From positions 1 through 35,218 of the IMG/VR virus record IMGVR_UViG_3300037751_000551: a stretch of DNA of 35,218 nt. One strand, given 5' to 3'. The position numbers were made by a program, and so were the translations under genes. Below, piece by piece: positions 25,653-34,309 of the stretch. Origin of the DNA: a virus (lineage: Duplodnaviria; Caudoviricetes). The notes beneath the pieces were generated by a model, which was not told where the DNA came from, did not search any database, and saw only the letters and a list, made by a program, of their open reading frames with translations. Each line of letters opens with the position of its first letter. Position 1 is the first letter of the stretch.

Positions 25653-27608
25653 TCAATCCTTCCAGAACGCGCGCTCCATCAGGCCCACGGCGTTGCGGAA
25701 CTCCGCGTCGTCCTCCTCCGGCTGTGCCGATCCTGCTGGCGGAGCGGCGGGCCCGGGTTCCGCGCGCTGCCCGCGCGCGAAGTCCACCTGCACCACCGAG
25801 GCGCCGGGCAGTTCCGGCGCGTCCATCAGCGGCACCAGCTCCGCGACCTGGTCGATGCCCAGCCGGCGCTCGGCGGCCAGCGCGGCCTTCTGCGCGCGCT
25901 TCCAGTCCCCCTTCGCGCGCGCGTGCGCGCGGGCCGCGTCCACGTCCTCGAAGCCCGTGGCGGCCTTGCACTCCGCGCTGCAGACGTAGCGGCCGTCCAG
26001 GCGGTACACGTGGATCGGCTCCAGCAGGCGCTGCGGATCGAAGCGCACGGTGAGGCGCTGGCCCGCGTGCTCCACCAGCGCCTCCGTCCAGTAGCGGTTG
26101 CCCAGCAGCGTGACCTCGCCGGTGACCCGGTCGCCCCGCACGCCCTCGGCCGCCAGCAGCCACAGGCGGCGCTGCTCGGACGTGGCCTTGCGCACCACGG
26201 CGCGCGCGTACGATTCCCCGAACGTCTGCATGAAGCTGCGCCCGTGGCACACCGCCGCGCGCCGCCCGGCCTGCGCGTTGTGCGCGTGCACCTCGCTCTC
26301 CAGCACCTCCAGGAAGCGCTGCAGCGGCACGGCCTTGCTGGCGTAGTTGGCGGGCTTGGCGGTCGGCTTGTTGCCGGTGTAGGCCCCGGCGAACGCCGGA
26401 TGCGTGGCAATGTGGTTGCAGAAGTCCAGAAACGCCCGTTCGATGGGCTTTGCCTGGCCGCGATACGGGGTCACCCAGTGCACCTCGACGCCGAGCTGGG
26501 TCAGCACGCCGGAGGGCTCCTCGTCCTTGACCTTGAAGCGGTGCCGCCAGGCCATGCGCCCGGTGATCCACTTGCTGGCGAAGCCGCGCCCGTTGTCCAG
26601 GTAGGCCGCGCGCGGGATGCCGTAGCGCTCCACCAGGTCGCCGCAGGACAGGCGCACCAGCTCCGCGCACTCGGTCTGGCCTACGCGGTGGCTGAGGATC
26701 ATGCCGGAGTAGATGCACTGCCAGACCACCGCCACGGGCCGGCTCACCGTGCCGTCCGGCCAGCGCACGAACACGTCGAACTTGTGGCCGTCCGCGTTGA
26801 CGACCTCGAGCGCGGATAGCGCGGAGCGGTCGCGGCGCTGGGCGGGGTAGAGCCGGTCCAGCGCTTCGGCGCCCTCGCGCGCCAGCACGCGCGCGGCGCG
26901 GGGCACCTCGCGCACCAGGCGCCGCTTGAGCGTGATCAGGGAGGGCACTGTCCATCCGCGCTCGGCGGCCGCGCGCTTCAGGCGCTCGTAGCAGGCGGTC
27001 AGGCGCGGCGCCTCCGGGCGCAGCACGTCGGCCTTGAAGCAGTCCCACGCCTCCGGGCTGCACTCCGCCGTGGCCGTGCGCCCCACGTAGCCCGGCGCCA
27101 GCAGAGGCAGCCAGTCCTCGCGCGGCACGCCTCGCACGCTCGCGATCCAGCGGCGCATCGTAGCCGGGCTTTCGCCGGCCGCGCGGGCGGCCTGGCCGTA
27201 GGCCGCCAGCCGGCCCGCGCCCGCGGCGATGCGCCGCAGCACGTCGTCCAGCACGCCCGCCCGCCGTGCCGCCGTGTCCTTGTGCTTTTGGGAAAGCCGC
27301 TCGAAGCGCGCCCAGCGCTCCGCGCGAGCGGCCTCATCCAATGAGCGATGCCGGCCCTCCGTGGCCGCGCCGTCCGTGGCGCCTGGGGCCTCCTGGCCGG
27401 GTGTCCTTTCCTGCACCGCCTTCAACAGGGTCAGGTGCGCGCGCGTCTCCGCCGGCAGGCAGCGCGCGGCGTACTCCCAGCCGCCGCCGCGGGCGGCGCG
27501 CTTGCGTTTCTCCCAACCCTCGCGGCGCGCCAGCTCTGCGACGCGGCGGCGGGAGGACGGCAGGCCGGGCAGGCCGGCCAGCTCGGCGGGGGCATACCAG
27601 TCGGTCAT
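25653..27608 (-). CDS. A: MuA-like DDE transposase
   Basis: Mu HTH N-terminus (WYAPAELAGLPGLP); catalytic motifs NADGHKFDV, YLDNGRGF and AKPIERAF; C-terminal VRFDP. Confidence 0.97.
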   Translation of the reverse strand: MTDWYAPAELAGLPGLPSSRRRVAELARREGWEKRKRAARGGGWEYAARCLPAETRAHLTLLKAVQERTPGQEAPGATDGAATEGRHRSLDEAARAERWARFERLSQKHKDTAARRAGVLDDVLRRIAAGAGRLAAYGQAARAAGESPATMRRWIASVRGVPREDWLPLLAPGYVGRTATAECSPEAWDCFKADVLRPEAPRLTACYERLKRAAAERGWTVPSLITLKRRLVREVPRAARVLAREGAEALDRLYPAQRRDRSALSALEVVNADGHKFDVFVRWPDGTVSRPVAVVWQCIYSGMILSHRVGQTECAELVRLSCGDLVERYGIPRAAYLDNGRGFASKWITGRMAWRHRFKVKDEEPSGVLTQLGVEVHWVTPYRGQAKPIERAFLDFCNHIATHPAFAGAYTGNKPTAKPANYASKAVPLQRFLEVLESEVHAHNAQAGRRAAVCHGRSFMQTFGESYARAVVRKATSEQRRLWLLAAEGVRGDRVTGEVTLLGNRYWTEALVEHAGQRLTVRFDPQRLLEPIHVYRLDGRYVCSAECKAATGFEDVDAARAHARAKGDWKRAQKAALAAERRLGIDQVAELVPLMDAPELPGASVVQVDFARGQRAEPGPAAPPAGSAQPEEDDAEFRNAVGLMERAFWKD

Positions 27609-28450
27609 CGCTTGCCCCGCGCCAGCAGGCACGCCACGCTGCCCGAGGGCCTCCCCATGCGGCGGGCGATCTCCACCGTCCCCAGCCCCTGCGCCTTGAG
27701 CCGGAACGCCTCGGCCCGCTCCGCGTCCGTGATGGGCCGCCGCGTGTGCCGCTCCCGCCGGGTCTTGCGCAGCAGGTCGTTCTCCGCCTTCAGCAGCGCG
27801 ATGTACTCCTCCGCCGGGATCGTCACCGTGCCCGGCTCCGGCGGGGGTTGCGGTGAGGCCTCCGGGGCGGGCGCCCCCGCCATCCCTTCCGCCCGCTCCA
27901 CCAGCGCCTCCAGCGCCTGCACCGCCGCGCCCCGCTTCTCCGCGCCGGCGAGGCGCCGCTCCAGCACCGTCAGGCGGCTGCCCAGCGCGTTCAGCTTGCG
28001 CAGCAGGTACGCCGGCTCTTCGGTCGGGGCCGGGCCGGCCGCGGCCTGGGCCGCCTCCTCCAGCGCGCTGAAGGCCCGCATGATCAGCAGCAGCCGCTCC
28101 TTCGCCGTCCGCGTGCGGATGAACGACGCCAGCATGTTCGCGCCCAGCCGCGTGTAGCCGCGCTGGCCCCGGGCGGTCGCTGTCTTGGGAAGCCGAGGCG
28201 TTTCAGACGCCCCGGCTCTGAGGGCGTCCAGTTCCTCGCGTGTGAGCACGAAGCAGGCGTCCGGCTCCGGGAACAGGTCGTGGTTATGCTGACGCGCCTC
28301 CTTGATTTGCCGAGCCTCGCACTCGTAGGCGGCGGCCAGGTCCCGCGCGAGCATGAAGGGCGGGCGGCCGGGCAGGTGCAGGATCGCGCCCCGCACCGCC
28401 TCCAGCGTGGTCAGTTCCGTGCTGCCGTGGTGTCCATTGTTGGCTGTCAT
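27605..28450 (-). CDS. ORF6N-domain DNA-binding protein (antirepressor-like) with a C-terminal HTH
   Basis: FMLARDLAAAY...NHDLFPE...FVLTREE and GYTRLGANMLASF motifs; C-terminal GLGTVEIARRMGRP. Confidence 0.78.
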   Translation of the reverse strand: MTANNGHHGSTELTTLEAVRGAILHLPGRPPFMLARDLAAAYECEARQIKEARQHNHDLFPEPDACFVLTREELDALRAGASETPRLPKTATARGQRGYTRLGANMLASFIRTRTAKERLLLIMRAFSALEEAAQAAAGPAPTEEPAYLLRKLNALGSRLTVLERRLAGAEKRGAAVQALEALVERAEGMAGAPAPEASPQPPPEPGTVTIPAEEYIALLKAENDLLRKTRRERHTRRPITDAERAEAFRLKAQGLGTVEIARRMGRPSGSVACLLARGKR

Positions 28451-28794
28451 CGCTTGCCTCTCGTGCTAGCGTGGTCGCGCACCCGCAGCAGGAGCGCCCA
28501 TGCCCATGCACCGATACGCCGCGGAAGCAGGGCGGCACGCCGAAGAGTTGCTCGAAGAACTGGAACGGTGCGATGAGGAGGCGCTACGGGCGGAGTGCCT
28601 GCGCCTGGGCTTCGATGGAGCCTTCGACTTCCAGCGAGATCAGCGGCAGGAGATTCTTGCGTACCTCGCTGCCATGCCCGCCGCGCGGCCGAAGCGTGCC
28701 TCATGGCGCGACGAAACGCGGCGCGCTCTGCTTCTGCTTTGGGCTCTGTACTACGCCCGGCAGGCTCATACGCTCCTTGCTGCCATCGATTCAT
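28447..28794 (-). CDS. Possible hypothetical protein, antisense to the 28500-28928 ORF
   Basis: GAGG RBS, and its stop overlaps the ORF6N ATG, but the sequence is Arg/Ala-rich like a shadow ORF. Confidence 0.35.
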   Translation of the reverse strand: MNRWQQGAYEPAGRSTEPKAEAERAAFRRAMRHASAARRAWQRGTQESPAADLAGSRRLHRSPGAGTPPVAPPHRTVPVLRATLRRAALLPRRIGAWAWALLLRVRDHASTRGKR

Positions 28795-28928
28795 TTGGCC
28801 TCGCTCCGGGAGGCGGGTACCGCGACACCACCGCGGCCGCGGCCGCCGCCGCTGCTGTGATCGAGGGCATGTACGACACCCCGCCGCTGTGGCCTTTCGG
28901 CCCGCCCTCGCCCTTTCACGACGACTAA
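28500..28928 (+). CDS. Hypothetical protein oriented against the early operon
   Basis: AGGAG RBS; protein-like helical composition; stop overlaps the ner stop. Confidence 0.6.
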   Translation: MPMHRYAAEAGRHAEELLEELERCDEEALRAECLRLGFDGAFDFQRDQRQEILAYLAAMPAARPKRASWRDETRRALLLLWALYYARQAHTLLAAIDSFGLAPGGGYRDTTAAAAAAAAVIEGMYDTPPLWPFGPPSPFHDD

Positions 28929-29140
28929 GCCGCGCTGGTGGTGGATTGCTGGGTCCACGGGTCCCAGCCCAGGTGCGCCGCGATCACCGGCCGCACCCGG
29001 TAGCCCGTCCGCGCGCCGCTGAGAATCAGGCACACGTAGGCGCGGCCCACCGGGGGATCGCAGCGCCGCCCGATCTCCGCCAGCGAAATGCCTTTGCCGG
29101 CCAGCGCCAGCTTCACCTTGCGTCGCTTGTCTTTGGTCAT
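28925..29140 (-). CDS. ner: Ner/Cro-like DNA-binding protein
   Basis: 71 aa, VKLALAGKGISLAEIGR...IAAHLG; divergent from the repressor and first gene of the early operon. Confidence 0.78.
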   Translation of the reverse strand: MTKDKRRKVKLALAGKGISLAEIGRRCDPPVGRAYVCLILSGARTGYRVRPVIAAHLGWDPWTQQSTTSAA

Positions 29141-29238
29141 GGCTTGCGATACCCGTAAGCGTCGTTTCCGTAAGCACCTGCCAGGGACGGTAATACGCGT
29201 CATGCGTAATTGCAAGAGGAAAAACGCACCATGCGTAA
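29141..29238. promoter_or_regulatory. Lysis-lysogeny switch: early promoter and operators
   Basis: Minus strand TTGCAA-17 bp-TACCGT (29215-29187); dyads ACGCGTCATGCGTAA (29195) and ACGCACCATGCGTAA (29224); CCGTAAGC direct repeat twice. Confidence 0.7.
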
Positions 29239-29890
29239 AACCGCCCTCGAAACGGCCGGTTCCAGGCTCCGCAGCCTGCGAACGTCGCTGCAGCTAACGC
29301 AAGCCGCCCTGGCCACGACCGTCGGGGTGAGTCAGGACACGATTTCCCGGATCGAGCGCACCGGCGCCATCGAGCCCGTGGTGCTGATCGCGATCTGCTG
29401 CGTCCACAAGGTGAGCCGGGCTTGGCTGGAGCGGGGCGAGGGGCCGATGTTCGCCGGCGAGCTGCAGGAGGGGGAGTTCTCACCGGTGCCCCTGGTGAAC
29501 TTGAGGCTGGCGGCGGGGTCCGGGGCCGAGATATACGAGGAGGGGGAGCTGAAGCAGCTCCAGTTCCGCACGGCCTGGTTGCGGGGCGATCTGCGCGCCA
29601 GCGTGGCCAACCTGGTGGCAATGCGCGTGGAGGGCGAATCGATGGAGCCCACCCTGAGCGCCGGGGACGTGGTGCTGGTGGACCGCTCCCGCACCGACCC
29701 CACCCGCGATGGCCTCTACGCCCTGCGGCAGGACAACGCGCTGCTCGTCAAACGCACGCGCGCGGAGGGAGGCCGGGTGCTGCTAGTCAGCGACAACCCC
29801 GAGTTCCCGGCTACCGTGTTTCCCTGGCCGGCGCCCATCCACCGCGCCCAGGTGATCGGGCGCGTGGTGTGGGCCGGCAAGCGGTTCTGA
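29231..29890 (+). CDS. CI/LexA-type repressor (XRE HTH + S24 peptidase)
   Basis: LTQAALATTVGVSQDTISRIE HTH; AAGSG cleavage site; GESMEP (catalytic Ser) and LVKR (catalytic Lys). Confidence 0.93.
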   Translation: MRKTALETAGSRLRSLRTSLQLTQAALATTVGVSQDTISRIERTGAIEPVVLIAICCVHKVSRAWLERGEGPMFAGELQEGEFSPVPLVNLRLAAGSGAEIYEEGELKQLQFRTAWLRGDLRASVANLVAMRVEGESMEPTLSAGDVVLVDRSRTDPTRDGLYALRQDNALLVKRTRAEGGRVLLVSDNPEFPATVFPWPAPIHRAQVIGRVVWAGKRF

Positions 29891-29907
29891 GCCGACAAGG
29901 AGGCGCC

Positions 29908-30405
29908 ATGAGCGCCGTTGCTTTCACGGCTGCGTTCAATCAGGTCGCGAACGAGTTGCGGCTACCCGCGAAGGGACGGGACGCGCTTTGCGCGGAGCTG
30001 TGGCGCACCGTCGATAACCCACGCGAGGGAGCCCGCGCAGTTGAGCGGTGGCTGGCGGATAAGGCTTTCTCGTGGCCGGACGGCGAGCGGTTTCTGCTTG
30101 AATGGCAGAACCGACGGCCAACTTTCAAAGCACTCGCGGCCTTGCTCGCCCACTATGTGGTTGGCAAGTGGAACGTGATGGGCGAATGGGAGCGCCACTC
30201 GCGCGCGCGGGCCACGCATTCATTCGTCAAGCTGTCGCGGGGGCCACTGATCAAGCCCTGCCCGTTGCACGCTGACCGTGAGGGGGCCGTATTCAGCGTG
30301 GATGATCCCTACCTAGCGGACACGCCACTGCGAGCGACGGTGTTCTGTCGCTGCCACATCCGCGGTGTGAGCCGCGAGGAAGCCGCGCGCTTGGGCGTCC
30401 TGTAG
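29908..30405 (+). CDS. Hypothetical protein with a C-terminus resembling the Mu gpF domain
   Basis: AGGAGG RBS; CPLHADREGAVFSVDDP...FCRCHIRGVS. Confidence 0.7.
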   Translation: MSAVAFTAAFNQVANELRLPAKGRDALCAELWRTVDNPREGARAVERWLADKAFSWPDGERFLLEWQNRRPTFKALAALLAHYVVGKWNVMGEWERHSRARATHSFVKLSRGPLIKPCPLHADREGAVFSVDDPYLADTPLRATVFCRCHIRGVSREEAARLGVL

Positions 30406-30417
30406 CCCCTCCCCCGC

Positions 30418-30472
30418 CCCTGCGCACTATTGCACGCTGACGTGCGCTCCCATCCCGCCTAGTCTCGGCGGC
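30418..30472 (+). promoter_or_regulatory. Putative Mor/C-activated late promoter of the lysis-packaging operon
   Basis: 24-bp CCCTGCGCACTATTGCACGCTGAC, then a -10-like TAGTCT ending 7 nt before the endolysin ATG; no RBS. Confidence 0.75.
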
Positions 30473-30976
30473 ATGGACCGCCACCAGCTCACCGCGAATT
30501 TCTACCTGGAAGAGTTCACGCGCTCGGAGATCGCCGCGCGCCTGGGCCGCCCCATCGTGGTGGAGCGGGACTCGGCCGAGTACGCCAACGTGCTGCGGCT
30601 CTGCACGCACGTGCTGCAGCCGCTGCGCGATGGGCTGGGGCCGGTGTTCGTCACCAGCGGGGTGCGGCCCTTGTGGCTGAACACGATGATCGGCGGGTCG
30701 CAGCAATCCCAGCACATCGACGGCCAGGCGGCGGACCTCGTCGTGTCCGGCTTCTCGCCCTACGAGGTGGTGGCCTGGCTGATTTCCTCCGGGCTGCCCT
30801 TCGACCAGGTCATCCACGAATTCGGGCAGTGGGTGCACGTCTCGATCAACCCGGTCGGTCGCCCGCCGCGCGGCATGGTGCTCACCGCGTGGAAGCGCCC
30901 CGACGGCGCCGGCGCCCTGGCCACCGCCTACGCCACGGGCCTGCACCGCATGGCCGAGCTGGAGGCCGCCGCATGA
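30473..30976 (+). CDS. Endolysin, peptidase M15A-like Zn metallopeptidase
   Basis: LTANFYLEEF, VTSGVR, SQHIDGQAAD, FDQVIHE and WVHVS motifs. Confidence 0.9.
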   Translation: MDRHQLTANFYLEEFTRSEIAARLGRPIVVERDSAEYANVLRLCTHVLQPLRDGLGPVFVTSGVRPLWLNTMIGGSQQSQHIDGQAADLVVSGFSPYEVVAWLISSGLPFDQVIHEFGQWVHVSINPVGRPPRGMVLTAWKRPDGAGALATAYATGLHRMAELEAAA

Positions 30977-31395
30977 ACCCCATCGCGGACGTGATCACCG
31001 GCGCCATCGCGCCGGTGGCCGGACTGATCGACAAGCTGCACACCTCCGACGCCGAGCGCCTGGAGGCCCAGCGCGCGTTGTTCGTTGCCGAGGCGGAGCT
31101 GACCGGCAAGGTGCTGGACTACGAGGCCCGGCTGATGGAGGCGCAGGCGTCCATCGTCAAGGCCGAGGCCGCCGCCGATTCCTGGCTGACCCGGAGCTGG
31201 CGCCCCATCGTCATGATGGTGTTCCTGGGCATGGTCGTGAGCTGGTGGGTGGGCTACACGCCGGCCAAGGTCACCGAAACCCTGGTGCTGGAACTGTTCG
31301 GGCTCATCAAGCTAGGCCTGGGCGGCTACGTGATCGGCCGCAGCGCCGAGAAGATCGCGCCGGCCCTGGTGCAGATGGTCAAGGGGGCGAAGTGA
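30973..31395 (+). CDS. Holin (GTA 3TM holin-like)
   Basis: LIDKLHTSDAER...AEA...SWLTRSWRP...LGLGGYVIGRSAEK with hydrophobic segments; ATGA overlap. Confidence 0.82.
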   Translation: MNPIADVITGAIAPVAGLIDKLHTSDAERLEAQRALFVAEAELTGKVLDYEARLMEAQASIVKAEAAADSWLTRSWRPIVMMVFLGMVVSWWVGYTPAKVTETLVLELFGLIKLGLGGYVIGRSAEKIAPALVQMVKGAK

Positions 31396-31616
31396 AAATC
31401 CTGTTCGTGTGGATCATGTTGCTCCTGCCGGGGGCGGGCGACCCGGAACCGGCCCTCGATCACTGGCGCGCGTGGTGCGCCCGGCAGCACGCCGAGGCGA
31501 GCTTTGAGACCGTGCCCGGCGTGACGGTGCTCAACGGCATGCCCGTGCCCGACGTGACGGCCCGCCGCATCGCGCCCGCGCCGGCGGAGCCGGCGGGCCG
31601 CAAGGGGAGCGCGTGA
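31392..31616 (+). CDS. Small protein with a hydrophobic N-terminus (74 aa)
   Basis: GTGA overlaps at both ends; VKILFVWIMLLLPG. Confidence 0.55.
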   Translation: MKILFVWIMLLLPGAGDPEPALDHWRAWCARQHAEASFETVPGVTVLNGMPVPDVTARRIAPAPAEPAGRKGSA

Positions 31617-31930
31617 TCGACCTCCAGACCACCGCCGTCGTCGCGGCCCTGCTGGCGAGCTGGGGCGCCCTGGTCTTGTGGGCCGTCAAGTCCATGCTGG
31701 ATCGCCAGGCGCGCCATATCGACTCGCGCTTTGACGAGATGGCCGTCGAGCGGCGCAAGGAGGAGGCCCGCGTCGGCCGCCTGGAGCGCGAGCTGCTGGA
31801 GCTGAAGGCGGAGCTGCCCCGCGACTACGTCCGCCGCGAGGACGCCATCCGCAACGAGACGGCGTTCCACGCCAAGCTGGACGCCATCTCCGCCAAGATC
31901 GACGCCTGGAGAGCGGAGCGCACGGCATGA
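31613..31930 (+). CDS. Membrane-anchored coiled-coil protein (Mu gp25-like position)
   Basis: N-terminal TM segment; LERELLELKAELPRDYVRRED motif. Confidence 0.8.
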   Translation: MIDLQTTAVVAALLASWGALVLWAVKSMLDRQARHIDSRFDEMAVERRKEEARVGRLERELLELKAELPRDYVRREDAIRNETAFHAKLDAISAKIDAWRAERTA

Positions 31931-32235
31931 GCGTGGACCTCGAGAAAGCGCGCCGCGAAGGCATGCGCTGGCTGCTGCTGGTGGCCCTCAACGCCGGGCG
32001 CCCCATCGGCGCCGGCGAGGCCACGCTCCTCTCCGCCATCCGCGGCGAGTACCCGGACGTCACGCACCTGGAGCTGCGGCGCGAGCTGGACTACCTGGCC
32101 GACCGCAAGTTGGTGGAGATCTCCGGCAAGGACACGCCCTCCTGGCACGCGGAGCTGAACCGCTACGGCGTGGACGTGGTGGAGTACACGCTGCCCTGCG
32201 AGCCCGGCATCGCCCGCCCGACCAAGTATTGGTAG
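31927..32235 (+). CDS. Conserved Mu-like protein (gp26-like)
   Basis: RREGMRWLLL, ELRRELDYLADRKLV, GVDVVEYT and PGIARP motifs. Confidence 0.85.
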   Translation: MSVDLEKARREGMRWLLLVALNAGRPIGAGEATLLSAIRGEYPDVTHLELRRELDYLADRKLVEISGKDTPSWHAELNRYGVDVVEYTLPCEPGIARPTKYW

Positions 32236-32273
32236 CGCCGAGGGCTTGCCCGAAGCGCCAAGGAACCGCCGCC

Positions 32274-32792
32274 ATGCCGCCCCGCCCCGCCGTCACGCAG
32301 CTCCCCGAGCAGGTCAAGGCGCAGCTGGATCACCGCCTGATCGCCGGCGGCTTCTCCGGCTACCGCCAGCTCGCCGAGTGGCTGGCCGAGCAGGGCTACT
32401 CGATCAGCAAGAGCGCGCTGCACGACTACGGCCAGCAGTTCGAGCGGCGCCTGGCCGCGCTCACGATGGCCACCCAGCAGGCCAAGGCCATCGCCGAGGC
32501 CGCCGGCGACGACGAGGGCGCGCTCAACGATGCGTTGATCCGGCTCATCCAGGAGAAGGCGTTCAGCGCCCTGGTGGAAATGGAGGAGTCCGGCGAGCTG
32601 GACCTGATCGACCTGGGGCACATGGCCGCCAAGCTGGGCGGCGCGGCCGTGCAGCAGAAGAAGTGGATGGACCAGGTGCGCTCGCGCGCTGAGAAGGCCG
32701 CGGGCGAGGCCGCGGCCATCGCCCGCAAGGGCGGCTTGAGCGACGCCGGCGCGGAGGAGATTCGGCGCAAGGTGCTGGGGGTCGCATCATGA
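32274..32792 (+). CDS. Terminase small subunit (Mu gp27 / DUF3486)
   Basis: MPPRPAVTQLP, FSGYRQLAEWL...ISKSALHDYG and GLSDAGAEEIRRKVLG motifs. Confidence 0.9.
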   Translation: MPPRPAVTQLPEQVKAQLDHRLIAGGFSGYRQLAEWLAEQGYSISKSALHDYGQQFERRLAALTMATQQAKAIAEAAGDDEGALNDALIRLIQEKAFSALVEMEESGELDLIDLGHMAAKLGGAAVQQKKWMDQVRSRAEKAAGEAAAIARKGGLSDAGAEEIRRKVLGVAS

Positions 32793-34309
32793 CCACTCCT
32801 CCCATCCTCCTACCCTACCAGCAAGCCTGGCTGGCCGACATCTCGCAGGTTAAGGTCTACGAGAAGTCGCGCCGCATCGGCATCTCGTGGGCCGAGGCGG
32901 GGGACGCCGCCCTGCACGCCGCCAAGACCAGCGGCTCGGACGTGTTCTACGTGGGCTACGACAAGGACATGGCGCGGCAGTTCATCGACGACGCGGCCTT
33001 CTGGGCCCGGCACTACCAGCTCGCGGCGGCGGCGCTGGAGGAGGCCGTCTTCCGCGACGGCGACGACGACGGCGCGCGCGACATCCAGACCTTCCGCATC
33101 CGCTTCGACTCCGGCCACGAGATCGTCGCCCTGTCCAGCGCCCCGCGCGGATTCCGCAGCAAGCAGGGCCGCGCCGTGCTCGACGAGGCGGCGTTCCACG
33201 GCGACCTGCCGGGCCTCCTCAAGTCCGCGATGGCCTTCCTCATGTGGGGCGGCTCGGTGCGCATCGTCAGCACGCACAACGGGGACGACAGCGCCTTCAA
33301 CGAGCTGGTGCAGGACGTGCGCGCGGGCAAGAAGCCCTTCAGCCTGCACCGCACCACCTTCGACGAGGCCCTGGCCGAGGGCCTGTACGAGCGCATCTGC
33401 CTGCGCCTGGGCAAGGACTGGTCGCCCGCGGCCGAGGCCGAGTGGCGCCAGGCGATCCTGGAGCAGTACGGGGACGACGCGGACGAGGAGCTGCACTGCA
33501 TCCCCAAGGCCGGCGGCGGCGCCTACCTGTCCCGCCAGCTCATCGAGGCCCGCATGGTGGCCGACTACCCGGTGCTGCGCCTGGCCTTCGGCGACGAGTT
33601 CACGCGCTGGCCGCAGCACCTGCGCGAGGCCGAGGTGCGGGACTGGTGCGAGCGCGAGCTGGCGCCCTTGCTGGAGCGGCTCGACCCCAAGCGCGCCCAC
33701 AACTTCGGCGAGGACTTTGGCCGCTCGGTCGACCTGACGGTGATCGCCCCCGTCGAGGAGCGGCTCGACCTGACGCGCCACGTGCCCTTCCTGCTGGAGC
33801 TGCGCAACGTGCCCTTCGAGCAGCAGAAGCAGGTGCTGTTCTACCTCTGCGACCGCCTGCCGCGCTTCATGCACGGCGCAATGGACGCCCGCGGCAACGG
33901 CCAGTACCTGGCCGAGGTCGCCCAGCAGCGCTACGGCGAGAAGATCGAGCCGGTGATGCTCAGCGCCGAGTGGTACCGCGAGCAGATGCCCGCCTTCCGG
34001 GCGGCCTTCCAGGACGCGACCATCGTCCTGCCCAAGGACGCCGAGGTGCTGGACGACCTGCGCGCAATCCGCATGGAGAAGGGCATCGCCAAGGTGCCCG
34101 ATAGCGCGCGCACGCGCGACGCCAAGGGCGGCCAGCGTCACGGGGACGCCGCCATCGCCCTGGCCCTGGGCCACTACGCCAGCCGCCAGGAGTCGATCTC
34201 CTACGAGTACCACCGCGTCACGCGCGACGCCGCGCCCGATGACGACCCTCCCGAGCGCCGGGTGCGCACGGGCAACGCCGGCTTCGGCCTCCAGCGGGGG
34301 GTGTGGTGA
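32789..34309 (+). CDS. Terminase large subunit (Mu gp28-like)
   Basis: LLPYQQAW, EKSRRIGISW, VLDEAAFH, GEDFGRSVDLT, DARGNG and RHGDAAIA motifs. Confidence 0.96.
   Translation: MTTPPILLPYQQAWLADISQVKVYEKSRRIGISWAEAGDAALHAAKTSGSDVFYVGYDKDMARQFIDDAAFWARHYQLAAAALEEAVFRDGDDDGARDIQTFRIRFDSGHEIVALSSAPRGFRSKQGRAVLDEAAFHGDLPGLLKSAMAFLMWGGSVRIVSTHNGDDSAFNELVQDVRAGKKPFSLHRTTFDEALAEGLYERICLRLGKDWSPAAEAEWRQAILEQYGDDADEELHCIPKAGGGAYLSRQLIEARMVADYPVLRLAFGDEFTRWPQHLREAEVRDWCERELAPLLERLDPKRAHNFGEDFGRSVDLTVIAPVEERLDLTRHVPFLLELRNVPFEQQKQVLFYLCDRLPRFMHGAMDARGNGQYLAEVAQQRYGEKIEPVMLSAEWYREQMPAFRAAFQDATIVLPKDAEVLDDLRAIRMEKGIAKVPDSARTRDAKGGQRHGDAAIALALGHYASRQESISYEYHRVTRDAAPDDDPPERRVRTGNAGFGLQRGVW

Noticed and set aside
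25653-27608. Transposase as an independent IS element
   Set aside because: It is MuA, coupled to MuB within the phage early operon, with no IS-type terminal repeats
15748-30441. 24-bp inverted repeats as ends of an invertible segment or composite transposon
   Set aside because: No invertase in the window, no target duplication seen, and matched spacing to -10-like boxes and ATGs favours promoters. Inverting this segment would not restore the canonical gene order. Not fully excluded
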